Positions 47,910 through 58,940 of a stretch of 64,000 nt of DNA are shown piece after piece. This DNA comes from a virus (taxonomy: Duplodnaviria; Caudoviricetes): IMG/VR virus record IMGVR_UViG_3300025789_000018; one strand, written 5' to 3'. The notes beneath the pieces are model-generated. The model had not been told where the DNA came from, did no database searches, and saw only the letters and a list, made by a program, of their open reading frames with translations. The position numbers and the translations under genes were made by a program. The stretch's first letter is position 1, and each line of letters opens with the position of its first letter.

Positions 47910-48499
47910 TCTCCTTTTCTTTGCATGGCATATCTTCCGCACCAAAATCTACGATATAAGGAAAGGGAAGATAATCTTCCAGAACATCAACCACTGTTCC
48001 TACTTGATTTTCGTTAACAAGTCCAATATCTCGCGTGGCATACACCCTATCACCAATCTTAAACATAATCTTCTTCCTCATCTTCAATCAAGAAACCTTC
48101 ACCACCACAAACGACGCAAGTTTCACCATATTCTACACCACTGCCACCACAGACCATACAATCAATAGGATTGCAGCCACGACGACCATACGCATCTTCA
48201 TACACATCAGGATCAATCATAAAGACTCACTTATAAAGTTCAAGAGGATGAACGACCGTCAGTTCTTCTTTGACATATAGCCAGAAGGGTTCAGGAAAAG
48301 GCGGAGCATATTCACGCCCATAGAACACTTTGATCAACTTGCCATCGACATCGGCGACAACACCAACGCGATCCTTGTTGGGCCAAATGCACGAGCGGAC
48401 CGAATCACCAACTTTAATCATAAAAAATCTTCCTTTCGCTGTCTGATAACTCATCATATCAAAAGGGAGATAAATGTCAACCAGTTTTTTCAGAAAAAA

Positions 48500-48811
48500 T
48501 CAGATATCGTCCAGATCGATAGCCTTGATGCCTGGATACTCTACATGATTGATTTGTTGGAACTTTTGTTCATCTGGCCATGCAGATAGGTAATCGTTAT
48601 CCTCGTTGAAGACCTTAAGATATTCTTCAGGAGAAACTTCGCGTCCACTAGAGATAACCTCACCGATATGATATTGTGACATTTCACGCCAGTCATCATC
48701 ATAGATTTCTGTCTTTACCGCTACTTCATTCTTAGCATCTTCAAGAGTATGTGCTTCTACCGCATAACGCATACGATGTGAAGAAACAGTTTCAATAATA
48801 AAGATTGCCAT
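48500..48811 (-). CDS. Conserved phage hypothetical protein
   Basis: ORF in the minus-strand run. Confidence 0.6.
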   Translation of the reverse strand: MAIFIIETVSSHRMRYAVEAHTLEDAKNEVAVKTEIYDDDWREMSQYHIGEVISSGREVSPEEYLKVFNEDNDYLSAWPDEQKFQQINHVEYPGIKAIDLDDI

Positions 48812-49046
48812 GATTAATCCTTACTCCAATCTTTACTCACACTCGCACGAGTAACAAGAAGCGATACTAGAATGGAGATGCCCCAAGCTTGGATCCAACC
48901 AATAGGTCGCAAAATAGTCATAGCAGGAACAAGATCAGCATTCCATAGCCACATAACAGGCCATGACATCAACAGACCATAAGCACAACCGAGAACGATA
49001 GTGCCAAAAACAGTAAACAAACCAATAATAAACTTATCCATAATCA

Positions 49047-49589
49047 TTACCTTCCATAAAAAACAGTTTTAGCGTTTGTTGTATTTGTAAACAGATACCA
49101 AGCACAGTTGTCTTTCCCGCTTGTCTTGCTTCCCTCAATCCACTTTACACGACCCACAGATACAACCATTTCGCAGCGTTTCATCAGCGCGGATGATTGC
49201 TTGGTGTGCATCCAGTCTGCATCAAACAGCAGCCAAGTGGGAAGTTGATTGCTGAAGTGTTCGATCATGGGATGAAGAATCTTGCGATCCCAAGGTGGAT
49301 TGGTGATGATGTAATCTATATTCCATCCATAATATACTGGATTGAACTGAATATCAAGAGCATTTGACTGTAGAATCCACTGTTCTTGTGGTTCAATGTC
49401 CCATGCTTCAATACAAGTATGATTGTGATAATCAAGATGATCAATCAATCTGCCATCGCCAGCGCATGGTTCATAGAAGTTAGAATACTTCTTCAGATGT
49501 GGCAACAGAGGCAGAACGGCTTCCATCGGAGTAGGATAGAAGTCACGTTCTACTCTGTCAAAGTCACTTCGTTTACCCATTATAACCAC
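49047..49589 (-). CDS. Small DNA amino-methyltransferase
   Basis: DFYPTP, EPCAGDG, DI, ITNPPW. Confidence 0.85.
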   Translation of the reverse strand: MVIMGKRSDFDRVERDFYPTPMEAVLPLLPHLKKYSNFYEPCAGDGRLIDHLDYHNHTCIEAWDIEPQEQWILQSNALDIQFNPVYYGWNIDYIITNPPWDRKILHPMIEHFSNQLPTWLLFDADWMHTKQSSALMKRCEMVVSVGRVKWIEGSKTSGKDNCAWYLFTNTTNAKTVFYGR

Positions 49590-49990
49590 TCATAACCTTC
49601 GTCCTCTAATGTATAACAAACATGCTTGATATCAAACGCTGCAATAGCGCGCATACAGCCTTCACACGGCTTAGCCAATCCCTGAGTGATCATAGGTTTC
49701 TTGCTATGTGTCCACTTACACCGATAGATGTAGAGTTTGGATTTAGCCACGGTATCAGCATCATGCCTACGCAGTGCGTTAGCGATTGCATCTATTTCTG
49801 CATGGAGATATATAGCTTCTTCATGTTTTGCATATCTGCCTTGAAGTGGATGCGTTTTGTTCTTGTTAGTGCCAATCGCGATGATTTCGTTTTTGTAAAC
49901 GAGAGCAGCGGCTATCTTGGCCCTAGCAAACGGTTCCGAGGCTTCAGCAACCTTGCTGAGGACCTTCATAATCTTCATCGAAATCTTCAT
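49580..49990 (-). CDS. Cytidine/dCMP deaminase-fold zinc protein
   Basis: HAEIDAI...PCEGC. Confidence 0.85.
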   Translation of the reverse strand: MKISMKIMKVLSKVAEASEPFARAKIAAALVYKNEIIAIGTNKNKTHPLQGRYAKHEEAIYLHAEIDAIANALRRHDADTVAKSKLYIYRCKWTHSKKPMITQGLAKPCEGCMRAIAAFDIKHVCYTLEDEGYEWL

Positions 49991-50107
49991 CGAGAATCAA
50001 CACCCAACCGCGAATAGGATCATAATATGTAATATTGTCAAGTAGATCATATACTTCTGAGAAGTGTGTTAGTGCTTCAAAGGATGAGAATGATTTTTCC
50101 GTTTCCA

Positions 50108-50509
50108 TCAAGCAACACTCCAATCATAGTCATCTTGTGTCATGACAGTTTCATTACCATCATACTCATCAATACGATACAGAGTACCAGCAGGAAGTTC
50201 TTTGATCAGCAGCTTGGCGTAAATATCATTAGCAGCATCACCAAGTTCTTCTACAACCTGAACCAAAGCAGGATCGGTACGACTAATACTACGGTCGCTG
50301 AAAGTTAGTTCATCCGAACGGCGGTAGTCACGTTCTTTATGGCATTCCTCATAGATACGTTCCCATTCTTCCAAAGGAACAGTAGTATACGAATAACCCC
50401 AGCTACGATGATCGTACAGAGTGATTCCCTTGATTTCAGCATAACGCATAACAGCCTCATGCGATAGACCGAAACCACCATAGGAAGAGTTGTAAACAAT
50501 CTTAGTCAT
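50108..50509 (-). CDS. Conserved phage hypothetical protein
   Basis: KIVYNSSYGGFGLS..RTDPALVQVVEELG..IDEYDG.E. Confidence 0.7.
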   Translation of the reverse strand: MTKIVYNSSYGGFGLSHEAVMRYAEIKGITLYDHRSWGYSYTTVPLEEWERIYEECHKERDYRRSDELTFSDRSISRTDPALVQVVEELGDAANDIYAKLLIKELPAGTLYRIDEYDGNETVMTQDDYDWSVA

Positions 50510-50813
50510 TTCACTTAGCCTTTCGGATGAGACGCGCAACGTCTTTGTCAAGAAAATCACCAGTAGTGTACCAAACACGCGATGCAACGCAGTCAGTCAC
50601 GGCCAGAGCGCATATGTCAGCGTTCGGGCATGTATCGCAGGGAATATCGCGAACGTTCTCTGGAGTGTTTAGGATCATCTTGGAAGCAGTGCAGACACCG
50701 TTCATGAAAGATGTGTCTGTTGAAACTGAAAAATAATCTGCGTTCATGACAATCTCCGTTTTCTATTATGTATACCTAGCACGATTCGCGATTAATGTCA
50801 ACCGTATTTTCGA

Positions 50814-51014
50814 TCATCGAAAAGATTTTCGATCTGACTCACCATAAAAGCCAGCATCATATTCGTTAATCTGCTCTGGGGTCATATCAGACTTTTCCAC
50901 AAGAGGTGATGCATACGTAGCTTTTTCATAAAAGTGTGGCTTGTAGGGGCGACCATAATAGGCATCAGCACTACCACGATCATAAGGACCACCGTGACGA
51001 TGATTAAAAGACAT
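50814..51014 (-). CDS. Conserved phage hypothetical protein
   Basis: HGGPYDRGSADAYYGR motif. Confidence 0.65.
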   Translation of the reverse strand: MSFNHRHGGPYDRGSADAYYGRPYKPHFYEKATYASPLVEKSDMTPEQINEYDAGFYGESDRKSFR

Positions 51015-51379
51015 TATTCGCCCTCCACAAGCTTGAAGCCAAACGTATCAACCTCAAAAACTTCACCATCAATGATCATACGGTCACCGACCATAGACGA
51101 GCGATGACCCCACTTTTCGCCGGCGAAACAGTCAAGAGGCTTTACAACAATCACATGAGGATTGAAATCGGGATTCTCATAAAGTTCGCCCTTATAATCG
51201 ATCATTCGTTCCATCGACCAGGAACCACCGATGTTCTGAGTGTGACGATAGGCATATTCCAGAGCGTCTTGTACTCCCATATTATCAAACATGTAGCTTG
51301 ACAGATCAATCGTAGCCATATGCTCAAACCAACGATTGCCGAGACCGTCGCGATCAAAATGAAGAACTTGAACTTCCAT
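51014..51379 (-). CDS. Hypothetical early protein
   Basis: Behind an early promoter; RSSMVGD motif. Confidence 0.65.
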   Translation of the reverse strand: MEVQVLHFDRDGLGNRWFEHMATIDLSSYMFDNMGVQDALEYAYRHTQNIGGSWSMERMIDYKGELYENPDFNPHVIVVKPLDCFAGEKWGHRSSMVGDRMIIDGEVFEVDTFGFKLVEGE

Positions 51380-51690
51380 AACGAATCACCTTTTCTCTTT
51401 GCTACATTCTCACCATACACGATTCGTGAATAATGTCAAACGAAATCTTCGAGAGCCTTGACCTGAATCGGAGTGGCGATGCGAAGAAACTTCCGAATGG
51501 TTTCAGCGGCTAGCGTGTATTCTTGCATTTCTAGAAGTTCCATTTCTAGTAGAAGTTCATTAACGATTTCAGTAACAGTCATTTCAGTTTCCTGTATTAC
51601 ACATGGGTTTGCCGTCACGATCCAGACGAGGAAGCCCATAAAAGATTGTGAATAAAGCCAGAGGAATGCCGGCTGCATATAGAAAAGTTT

Positions 51691-52062
51691 TCATTTACTC
51701 ACCTGTGTAAAAGAAATAGAATCGTATTCGTCATCATTATACCTTTTCGCCCAATCGGACTTCACCTTTTTCCGAAACACAATCTGGTCTTTGTTTTCTT
51801 GATAAAACTTTCGGGCTGCGGCGTCAACACCATAACTGTCTACCGATCGAACTTCAAAGAAGTCCGACACCAGTTGACGGACGTATGTCACCCGAAATGT
51901 CTTCAGTTTCTTCTGCTTCTTGATATGTGCCTTCAGATTATCTTTGGCATCACGACCATTGATAATAGAACAAAAAGTCTTTTCATCAGTGTCAGCTAGT
52001 GGTCCCCATGATTCTGGGGAACGATTTCGTACTTCAACAGTCATATTAATGCAAAATCCCAT
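51691..52062 (-). CDS. Hypothetical protein
   Basis: ORF in the minus-strand run. Confidence 0.5.
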   Translation of the reverse strand: MGFCINMTVEVRNRSPESWGPLADTDEKTFCSIINGRDAKDNLKAHIKKQKKLKTFRVTYVRQLVSDFFEVRSVDSYGVDAAARKFYQENKDQIVFRKKVKSDWAKRYNDDEYDSISFTQVSK

Positions 52063-52251
52063 ACAAGAGAACTAGGTAGATAATAGCATTGACGGTAACC
52101 AAAGCATTATCTTTCAAATAAATGCCAACAAAAGTCCAGATAAAGGCACCGACCATTCCAAACATCATATCAGCATCGCGATATCCCAATGCTCGACATA
52201 AAACAGAAATTAACACGAACGCGGTACCCAACCACTTATAGAAATTTATCA

Positions 52252-52536
52252 TCAGATAACCTTTCCATCAAGAACAAAGTAGTTGTGAGCGCCATGCTCA
52301 CCGTAATGAAACGACAGAAGACCATCATCTTCAAAAATCTGAAGAGGAGCGCGACCAGCAGCAATCTTGGCAAAATATTCGTCAACGCTGTAGTGCTTCT
52401 TCAGAACCGCAACAAACTTAGCCTTGTTGACTGGACCACGATGCTTGAAGCGGGCGACAAACTTACGTTCGCCGTTGTGGTTGTAGTGAAGGTATCCACC
52501 GTGATATTCGAAGTTGGCTTTTTCAAACTTGACCAT
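52252..52536 (-). CDS. Hypothetical early protein
   Basis: Behind an early promoter (TTGACA 52593-52598). Confidence 0.65.
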   Translation of the reverse strand: MVKFEKANFEYHGGYLHYNHNGERKFVARFKHRGPVNKAKFVAVLKKHYSVDEYFAKIAAGRAPLQIFEDDGLLSFHYGEHGAHNYFVLDGKVI

Positions 52537-52599
52537 GACGAATCACTTTCTCTCTCTGTCTACTTTCTGACAATAGACGATTCGCGATAAAATGTCAAG

Positions 52600-53010
52600 C
52601 TAGATTCGTGTGGAAGTTGATCCGTCAGGATAAAAAATGATAAGATATTTTTGTTTTTTGACAGCATAATCATGTGTGTACCATGTGCCGCCATTAGGTT
52701 GCCACTCCATCTGATGTGGTACCACCATGAGAATATCACACTCATCAACGATGTTACGGTTTCGAGCAAAATAAGACAGTGGATTGCGATGCTGGTGCGA
52801 ATGATGATAAGCACGAAGATCATCTTTAATAGGCGGATGATTAACAATATAGTAACCAAGACTAGAGGCCAAGATTGCTACTTCAACGTCTACACCAACA
52901 CAATCGCCGTGATGAAGTTCTTTAGCATCTAGACTTTTTAACCAAAACTTAACGGCATCATATTGAGATTCGGTCATTCCTGAGCGAGTTCCCGTTACAC
53001 CAACTTTCAT
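52600..53010 (-). CDS. SLOG/DprA-like nucleotide-binding protein
   Basis: VGVTGTR..HHGDCVGVD..RNRNIV..GGTWYT. Confidence 0.7.
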   Translation of the reverse strand: MKVGVTGTRSGMTESQYDAVKFWLKSLDAKELHHGDCVGVDVEVAILASSLGYYIVNHPPIKDDLRAYHHSHQHRNPLSYFARNRNIVDECDILMVVPHQMEWQPNGGTWYTHDYAVKKQKYLIIFYPDGSTSTRI

Positions 53011-53177
53011 ATTAAATCTCCACGTTTTTGTAAACTATATGATTTGGTCCATGCTCACCATAGACACATCTAGCGATTCGTTTTGCGTCTTTGAATGACT
53101 TTGCGTTCAGCCCGATATAGTCGATATCGGTTTCACGACCCGATTCTTCTGTTATAAAAATCAGAAAATAGCGTTTC

Positions 53178-53891
53178 TTAAACTTTGGTGATTTGTCCAC
53201 GAGTTAATCCGTGATAATCGTAGTATGTGTTGATGACATTGACTGCTTTTCCAATCCACTGGTTTCTTCTTTGGATGAACAACTGAGGTTCGCTGTTCTC
53301 TACTGCAATGATAACAACAAGATTATTCACAGGTACACCAGTTAGTTCTTCATACATGACCGCATAGATGGCCATCTGCATGAAGTATGTATCAATCCAC
53401 TCCTCTTTCTTAGGTTTATCTGATGTCTTGAAGTCGATGATAGACCTACGGTCATCAAAGTCTGCAATAACGTCAGCAGTTCCAGCAACTCCAAGATGAT
53501 TGGAGTACATCTGCAACTCAACACCAAGAACATTGTCAATACGATCAATAAACTTTTGAATGGATGTAAACAAAAACAATGCAAACGGATCTACTTTGTC
53601 TTTGTCAATCTCTTTATTGTGTAGATAATCTTCACAGATAGCATGAACTTTGGTACCACGACTAGAAGTTCTTCTCAAAACCTTTTGAACTTCTTCTTCA
53701 CCTAGCCGCTTACGCCATTCTGCTAGTTGAGGCTTCTTATACCACCCTAGGACAGTGGTTACAGAAGGAACTTTAGAACCATCGGGGAGACGATAAAGTC
53801 TCCCCGTGTTCTCATCACCATCAATCCTGTCAATACTAGGCAGTGTTGTCGTGTTGTGTTTGAACTTTTTTTGTATCACGAAAATAACCAA
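53178..53891 (-). CDS. PD-(D/E)XK exonuclease (Cas4/RecB-like)
   Basis: PSVTTVL, RGTKVH, GTADVI, IIDFKTS, QMAIY. Confidence 0.85.
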   Translation of the reverse strand: MVIFVIQKKFKHNTTTLPSIDRIDGDENTGRLYRLPDGSKVPSVTTVLGWYKKPQLAEWRKRLGEEEVQKVLRRTSSRGTKVHAICEDYLHNKEIDKDKVDPFALFLFTSIQKFIDRIDNVLGVELQMYSNHLGVAGTADVIADFDDRRSIIDFKTSDKPKKEEWIDTYFMQMAIYAVMYEELTGVPVNNLVVIIAVENSEPQLFIQRRNQWIGKAVNVINTYYDYHGLTRGQITKV

Positions 53892-54624
53892 TCTGTTGTA
53901 GTTCTGCTAAAATAAACTCACGGACAAATCCAGAACGAACAATATCGTCCACATCAAACTCAACTTTTCGGATAGAAGGAATCTTATCTAAAACTCTCAT
54001 CATAGATTTTAAACCAGACTCTTCATTATAACGAGAACTTGTCAAGTCATCTTGATTGATGTCACCGCATACGATAACTTTAGCATTTTCGCCAATACGT
54101 GTCAAGACTGTTTTAAGTTCGTTATAACCTAGATTCTGACATTCATCTAGAATCACAATAGCGTTGTCGATGGTTGTACCACGAAGGAATGATGTTGATT
54201 CGAACTCAACAATGCCTTTTTGTTTTAGGATGCTGTATGCGTCTCCACGCTTGAATAACTTTGCACAGATGGAGATATATGGCGCCTCAAAGACTTCCAT
54301 CTTCTGAGCCGCGGTGCCAGGCAAGAAGCCGATGGACTTAGATGATTGTGCGCTTCTAATAATGACTACTTTACGAGGTTTGTTTAAGTCTTCCATTACC
54401 TCTTCAAGAGCAAGATAAAGACTGATGAATGATTTGCCAGAACCAGGAACTCCGTGGAGCAAAAGGTTCTTGCCATCATCATAGTATTCGAACGACCTGC
54501 GTTGATTGTCTGTAGCAGGTGTGATTTGAGATAAGTGCAGTTTCAGTTTATCTTCTGTGGTTCTCTCTTTGCTTTGTCTACTCTGTCTATTACGGTCTCG
54601 CTTTTCCGCTCTTGTCGTAGCCAT
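53836..54624 (-). CDS. phoH: PhoH-like ATPase
   Basis: GVPGSGKS, GFLPG, FLRGTT, DECQN, GD..Q.D, IVRS. Confidence 0.92.
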   Translation of the reverse strand: MATTRAEKRDRNRQSRQSKERTTEDKLKLHLSQITPATDNQRRSFEYYDDGKNLLLHGVPGSGKSFISLYLALEEVMEDLNKPRKVVIIRSAQSSKSIGFLPGTAAQKMEVFEAPYISICAKLFKRGDAYSILKQKGIVEFESTSFLRGTTIDNAIVILDECQNLGYNELKTVLTRIGENAKVIVCGDINQDDLTSSRYNEESGLKSMMRVLDKIPSIRKVEFDVDDIVRSGFVREFILAELQQIGYFRDTKKVQTQHDNTA

Positions 54625-54663
54625 AAGACTCCTTAATCGTTTTTACGTTAAGTCACCGGCACA

Positions 54664-54975
54664 TTATGTCAAAGCACCACCAAGCTTCTTTTTTACTTTG
54701 TTGACAGCTTCGCGGGTCTTTGTTTCTTTAACACTCTTAGAGCCATGTTTCTCTGCGAGGGGAGAAAATGGATTAGCAGCGGCGATTCGACTTAGAACAT
54801 CGTTCATTCCACTGTCTGTTTTTACACGATCACCAGTACCACCTACGAGCATAGGCATATGAAATACTTGCTGAATGTGTGGATTGTCTTGGAGAAACTG
54901 CTTGTGTGATGCATAAGACCACAACTCGTCCCACGTTTCTTGTGTTTCAGGAATGAGGTATTGGTACATTGGCAT
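54664..54975 (-). CDS. Conserved T4-like small protein (MPxY start)
   Basis: MPMYQY..FLQDNPHI. Confidence 0.6.
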   Translation of the reverse strand: MPMYQYLIPETQETWDELWSYASHKQFLQDNPHIQQVFHMPMLVGGTGDRVKTDSGMNDVLSRIAAANPFSPLAEKHGSKSVKETKTREAVNKVKKKLGGALT

Positions 54976-55004
54976 GTAGTTACTCCTTACGATTACTTAT
55001 AAAA

Positions 55005-55367
55005 TCAGTCTGCTTGCCGCGTGATAAAAGTCTTGCGGATTCTAGCTGGGCTGAAAAACTCATTGACAACATTGATAGCATCATCGATGTCATATTCACG
55101 GCAGGAGAAGATGTCAATATAACCTTCTCCTGTATGATCGTTGAAGTGTGCAATGATGTTGCTTGTCTCTATGAGTTGAATCACTGTCCATCCTTCTAGA
55201 TGGACTTCATTGTGACCGAAATGTAGAATCTGAGGCTCACCATAAGGAATCATGTCAATACGTTTGACAAGTTCCTTTACCCAATGCTCTAGTTTTTCTG
55301 GATTTGTGATTGAAGCGATATCACATCCGCCGCAATCCAAAAGTAGGTGATAACCCCAATAACTCAT
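55005..55367 (-). CDS. speD: S-adenosylmethionine decarboxylase proenzyme
   Basis: GYHLLLD, IETSNIIAH (E|S cleavage), DIFSC. Confidence 0.88.
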   Translation of the reverse strand: MSYWGYHLLLDCGGCDIASITNPEKLEHWVKELVKRIDMIPYGEPQILHFGHNEVHLEGWTVIQLIETSNIIAHFNDHTGEGYIDIFSCREYDIDDAINVVNEFFSPARIRKTFITRQAD

Positions 55368-55527
55368 TTACTCATCGTCTTCCATTTCTAATAGTTGGTC
55401 AATATCAAGTGTCCTGATCGCTCTATTTAGACGTTTTTGTTTCTTGTGTTCCCGATACTCTCGCAACTGAGAAGTATTGTTCACTTCGTCTTCTTCGTAC
55501 CAGTCCTTGAACTTCATGACCTTCTTC

Positions 55528-56028
55528 TTATGCATTTACCGTTTCTTTCTTAGGGCGCCCGCGACCTCGTTTGACTGGGGCTGGTTCTGCTACTGTTGTA
55601 TCTGCTTCCTGCTTAGGTGGAAGCAAAAGTGTGAATACACTACGAACGAGTTGTTCATCGATGTTTACATATGGAAGATTGCGATCCTTGACTGCCAAGA
55701 TAAGTTTAGCATCAGCAGGATCAAGTGCTTCCAAAAAGTTTACGAACAATGCTTCACGCTTTGCCTTCGAGATGTTTGGATTTTCTGGCCCAACCCAAAG
55801 ATACATCTTGCGGAAAGTGTTATAGAGCATTGCTTGCTGATCTAGAAACTGACATGGCTTGTATGGAGGTGCACCTTCTGGTAGAAGCCAGCGAACACCA
55901 GGATGATATGTCATCTTTAGGATTTCCATAAACGTAGGATTGTTTACGTTTGCGGCTAGCATACTACGACGCTTTTCGTAATCTGGTTCAGCGTCAATCT
56001 TATTCAAAATCTCTGAGATACCTAACAT
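55528..56028 (-). CDS. Conserved T4-like hypothetical protein
   Basis: KRE.LFV.FLE.LDP.DAKL. Confidence 0.7.
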   Translation of the reverse strand: MLGISEILNKIDAEPDYEKRRSMLAANVNNPTFMEILKMTYHPGVRWLLPEGAPPYKPCQFLDQQAMLYNTFRKMYLWVGPENPNISKAKREALFVNFLEALDPADAKLILAVKDRNLPYVNIDEQLVRSVFTLLLPPKQEADTTVAEPAPVKRGRGRPKKETVNA

Positions 56029-56183
56029 TGTTTATTCCCTATCATTTCTTTCTTCGAGGAGTCTTTCCACTCCAACCTGTATAGACCATTTACCGCTCAA
56101 ACTTTTTGTGTATGTGCGAGTTGAGCCGCTTTTTGTTGTTTTAACTTTACTGATCTTTGGTGGCCCAACTCTTTTTCTTACCA

Positions 56184-57029
56184 TTAAAAATCACCTACAC
56201 ATTCCAAAAGGTTCTTCAAACGATTTTCTACAAAATAGTTGAACAGTTTGCTACGATCTTTCTTCTGAGTATTGTACTGTTCCAGAACTTGCTCTGAGAT
56301 TTCAGTAGGAATACAATCAAGATCGATCAACTGTTGATTGCGCTTATAGTTACGCAGCATGGTTTCATTGCAGAACTGTTCAGGTTCTTGAAGAATCCAA
56401 GAAGACAGCTTCTTAGCAGACACAGGAGACTGCCGAATGCCCATAACGAACACATTATCAGCCGATAGAAAGTTGGGAATGCCATCAGATGCATCGCCCT
56501 TCATGATATGTTCTTTGAGGAACAAGTCAGGATTGGTACAAGTAATGTACTTCTTGAGGACAGGGCTATATTGCTTGACGTTAGGATACTTCTGCAACTG
56601 ACCAAAGTCTTTATCGCCAGACAGCACCAAAATGTTTTCACGCAAATGATACTCTTTGACAAGAGTAGCGATAACATCATCAGCTTCAGCGTGTTCTACC
56701 TGAATGACTTTGTAAGGAAAGAAGTCCTTGATTTCTTGACGAATCTTGTTGAGTGTTTCAAACACTGCATTCCAGTCAAGTTCAGAAGCATCGCGTTCCT
56801 TCTTGCGATTAGCTTTGTAATAAGGATAAACTTGCTTGCGCCAGTAGTTCTTGTCATCACAAGCAATGACCATCTCACCAAACTCGGCAGTAAACTTTAC
56901 CTTGTGTGCGCGTAGAGCGTTCAACACCATATGCCGAATGATATCTTCTTCGATCTTGACATTTTTATGGTTACCGATCTGGACCATAAGAGTCGAAATC
57001 ATGACTTGTGACAAATCTAGGATAATCAT
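56184..57029 (-). CDS. rnh: T4 RNase H (5'-3' exonuclease, FEN family)
   Basis: IILDLSQ, WRK..YP.YKANR, AEADDVIA, SGDKDF, GDASDGIPN. Confidence 0.95.
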   Translation of the reverse strand: MIILDLSQVMISTLMVQIGNHKNVKIEEDIIRHMVLNALRAHKVKFTAEFGEMVIACDDKNYWRKQVYPYYKANRKKERDASELDWNAVFETLNKIRQEIKDFFPYKVIQVEHAEADDVIATLVKEYHLRENILVLSGDKDFGQLQKYPNVKQYSPVLKKYITCTNPDLFLKEHIMKGDASDGIPNFLSADNVFVMGIRQSPVSAKKLSSWILQEPEQFCNETMLRNYKRNQQLIDLDCIPTEISEQVLEQYNTQKKDRSKLFNYFVENRLKNLLECVGDF

Positions 57030-57091
57030 GTTAGGTTGTTCTCACGTTGTTATGATCTATATATACAACATTTTTAGATCATTGTAAAGAG

Positions 57092-57460
57092 TTATTCGTC
57101 AAAATATTCTTCATCGATGTCTGGAAAGTCAATCAACTGTTCTGCTGCTTGTTGCAGCCCATGATTGACTCCCATACTCTTGAGGATCAATGACCGTAGG
57201 GATTCGATGACTAGTGCAACATCTTTGCTGAAGTCATCGTCATCAAAGTTGAACCCTAGCATACCAATCTTATAGAACAACTCTTCGGTCATCTCATCCG
57301 TCACGAAATGAACAAACTCTATTTTGTTTAGAAGAGCCTGCTCTCTCATCTCTTCAAGATGATCTTGGGTAAAGTTTGTTCTATTTTTCAACGGGAACTG
57401 AATGATGTTTGAACGTATCTCAACAGAAACATTAGTAGAAATAGCTGTGTTGGTATTCAC
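57092..57460 (-). CDS. Hypothetical protein
   Basis: NIIQFP motif; GGAG SD. Confidence 0.6.
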   Translation of the reverse strand: MNTNTAISTNVSVEIRSNIIQFPLKNRTNFTQDHLEEMREQALLNKIEFVHFVTDEMTEELFYKIGMLGFNFDDDDFSKDVALVIESLRSLILKSMGVNHGLQQAAEQLIDFPDIDEEYFDE

Positions 57461-57479
57461 ACAAGTCTCCTCTCTACCA

Positions 57480-58439
57480 TTACTTATTTTTTAGAGATTC
57501 TAGAAGACCCGACCATTCCATTGCTTTAGTGTTCCAGTTGTATGTACGATCTGCTTGGATTTTCTGTAGATAAAGATCCTGTGCAATCAAGTCTCTTTGA
57601 TTACGCATAACGTTGATACCCTGTGAAAGAACCTGATAGAATGAGTTTGCATGATGATTCTTATCTTCGCTCCACTGATACATCCATGTCAAGCCCATAG
57701 AAGTTTCTGGTAGTGCTGCTAGATTAGGATGAATGCAGAGTAGACCAGCAGACATAGCTTCGATCAAACAGAGACAGGAGGTTTCTTTCCAGATTGAAGG
57801 ATATGCAAAGATGTCTGCGTTCAACAATGCGCTGCGCAAATCTTCGTTGCTTACAGAGCCGTGATAGTTAATCTGTGGATGCTGGCGACAGACTTCAAAC
57901 AGGTCTTCATACTGTTGATCGCGTTGTTCCCAACCATACAACTTGAATGATGAATAGACATCCAATGTGATGTTAGGATCGTTCTCGGCTAGCTTGATGA
58001 AGACTGGTACCAGAATATCTAGACCACGATGTGGAGTAGGTGTGTAGATCAATCGGATCTTTTTATCATCTACAGTCTTTGCTGTAGTGTCGATAGGTTC
58101 AATAGAGTTTTTAATGACAACAGAATCGCTATATGGTACACCACGAACGTTGTTGTATTGTTCCATCTGCCAGTTTGAAACGAAAACAAACTTATCAAAC
58201 TTCTTACGGTACATGGGATCAGAAAGTCGCGACGACTCTGGATCTTCTGGTAGATCGTGACAGTAGTAAATCTTCGTCTTGGTTTCGTCTAGTTCACGAG
58301 CGCGTGAGAAAACAATCTGTGTGTCTTCTAGAAGTTCACGAGGAACACCACCCGCATATAGACGTTCTTGTAGTAGTTCTGTACCACCCTTTGAGTTCTT
58401 GTTTAACTCATTACGTTCCATTAGGTCATGATTGCTCAT
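57480..58439 (-). CDS. GT4 (group 1) glycosyltransferase
   Basis: GGTE, RGLDIL, YPSIWKETSCLCLIEAMSAG. Confidence 0.85.
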   Translation of the reverse strand: MSNHDLMERNELNKNSKGGTELLQERLYAGGVPRELLEDTQIVFSRARELDETKTKIYYCHDLPEDPESSRLSDPMYRKKFDKFVFVSNWQMEQYNNVRGVPYSDSVVIKNSIEPIDTTAKTVDDKKIRLIYTPTPHRGLDILVPVFIKLAENDPNITLDVYSSFKLYGWEQRDQQYEDLFEVCRQHPQINYHGSVSNEDLRSALLNADIFAYPSIWKETSCLCLIEAMSAGLLCIHPNLAALPETSMGLTWMYQWSEDKNHHANSFYQVLSQGINVMRNQRDLIAQDLYLQKIQADRTYNWNTKAMEWSGLLESLKNK

Positions 58440-58604
58440 TTGGTTCCACCGCTTCCATTTCTTCTGTTAGTTTTTGATGATAAAGTTCATAGGTTTCTAT
58501 CATCAGTGACGCCACTGCGAGGCTGCTAATACGTGCTGCAATGTTGATCACGATCCACTTAGCAATAAATGCTCGGATATATTCCCAGCGTGTTAGTTCG
58601 TTCA

Positions 58605-58940
58605 TTATACAAAAAACCCTACACTGAAATCAACAACAGAATCTTTGCGGAATGATCGCCAGCCACTGTTCTCTAGATCCCATACTGAAATGACATCTGG
58701 ATTTGATTTACGAGTTTGAGATTGTTCATCAAGATTCTGTTCTGGTAGAATCTCTGGAGAAAGAGTGCAAAGCATTTTACGTACTGTTCCGTCCTTCTTT
58801 GTGAAGTTGACTTGACAGATGTTATGCTTTAGATCATCCAAGAAGGACGTTGGTAGATTCGTTTTTGATTCGTTCATTGAGTTCATTATACCCTCCAATG
58901 TATGTTTCATTATAAAAAATCTGTGGTACTGTGCGCGCAT
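58605..58940 (-). CDS. WYL/SH3-like domain protein
   Basis: FTKKDGTVRKM.CTL..VWDLE..GWRSF. Confidence 0.75.
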   Translation of the reverse strand: MRAQYHRFFIMKHTLEGIMNSMNESKTNLPTSFLDDLKHNICQVNFTKKDGTVRKMLCTLSPEILPEQNLDEQSQTRKSNPDVISVWDLENSGWRSFRKDSVVDFSVGFFV

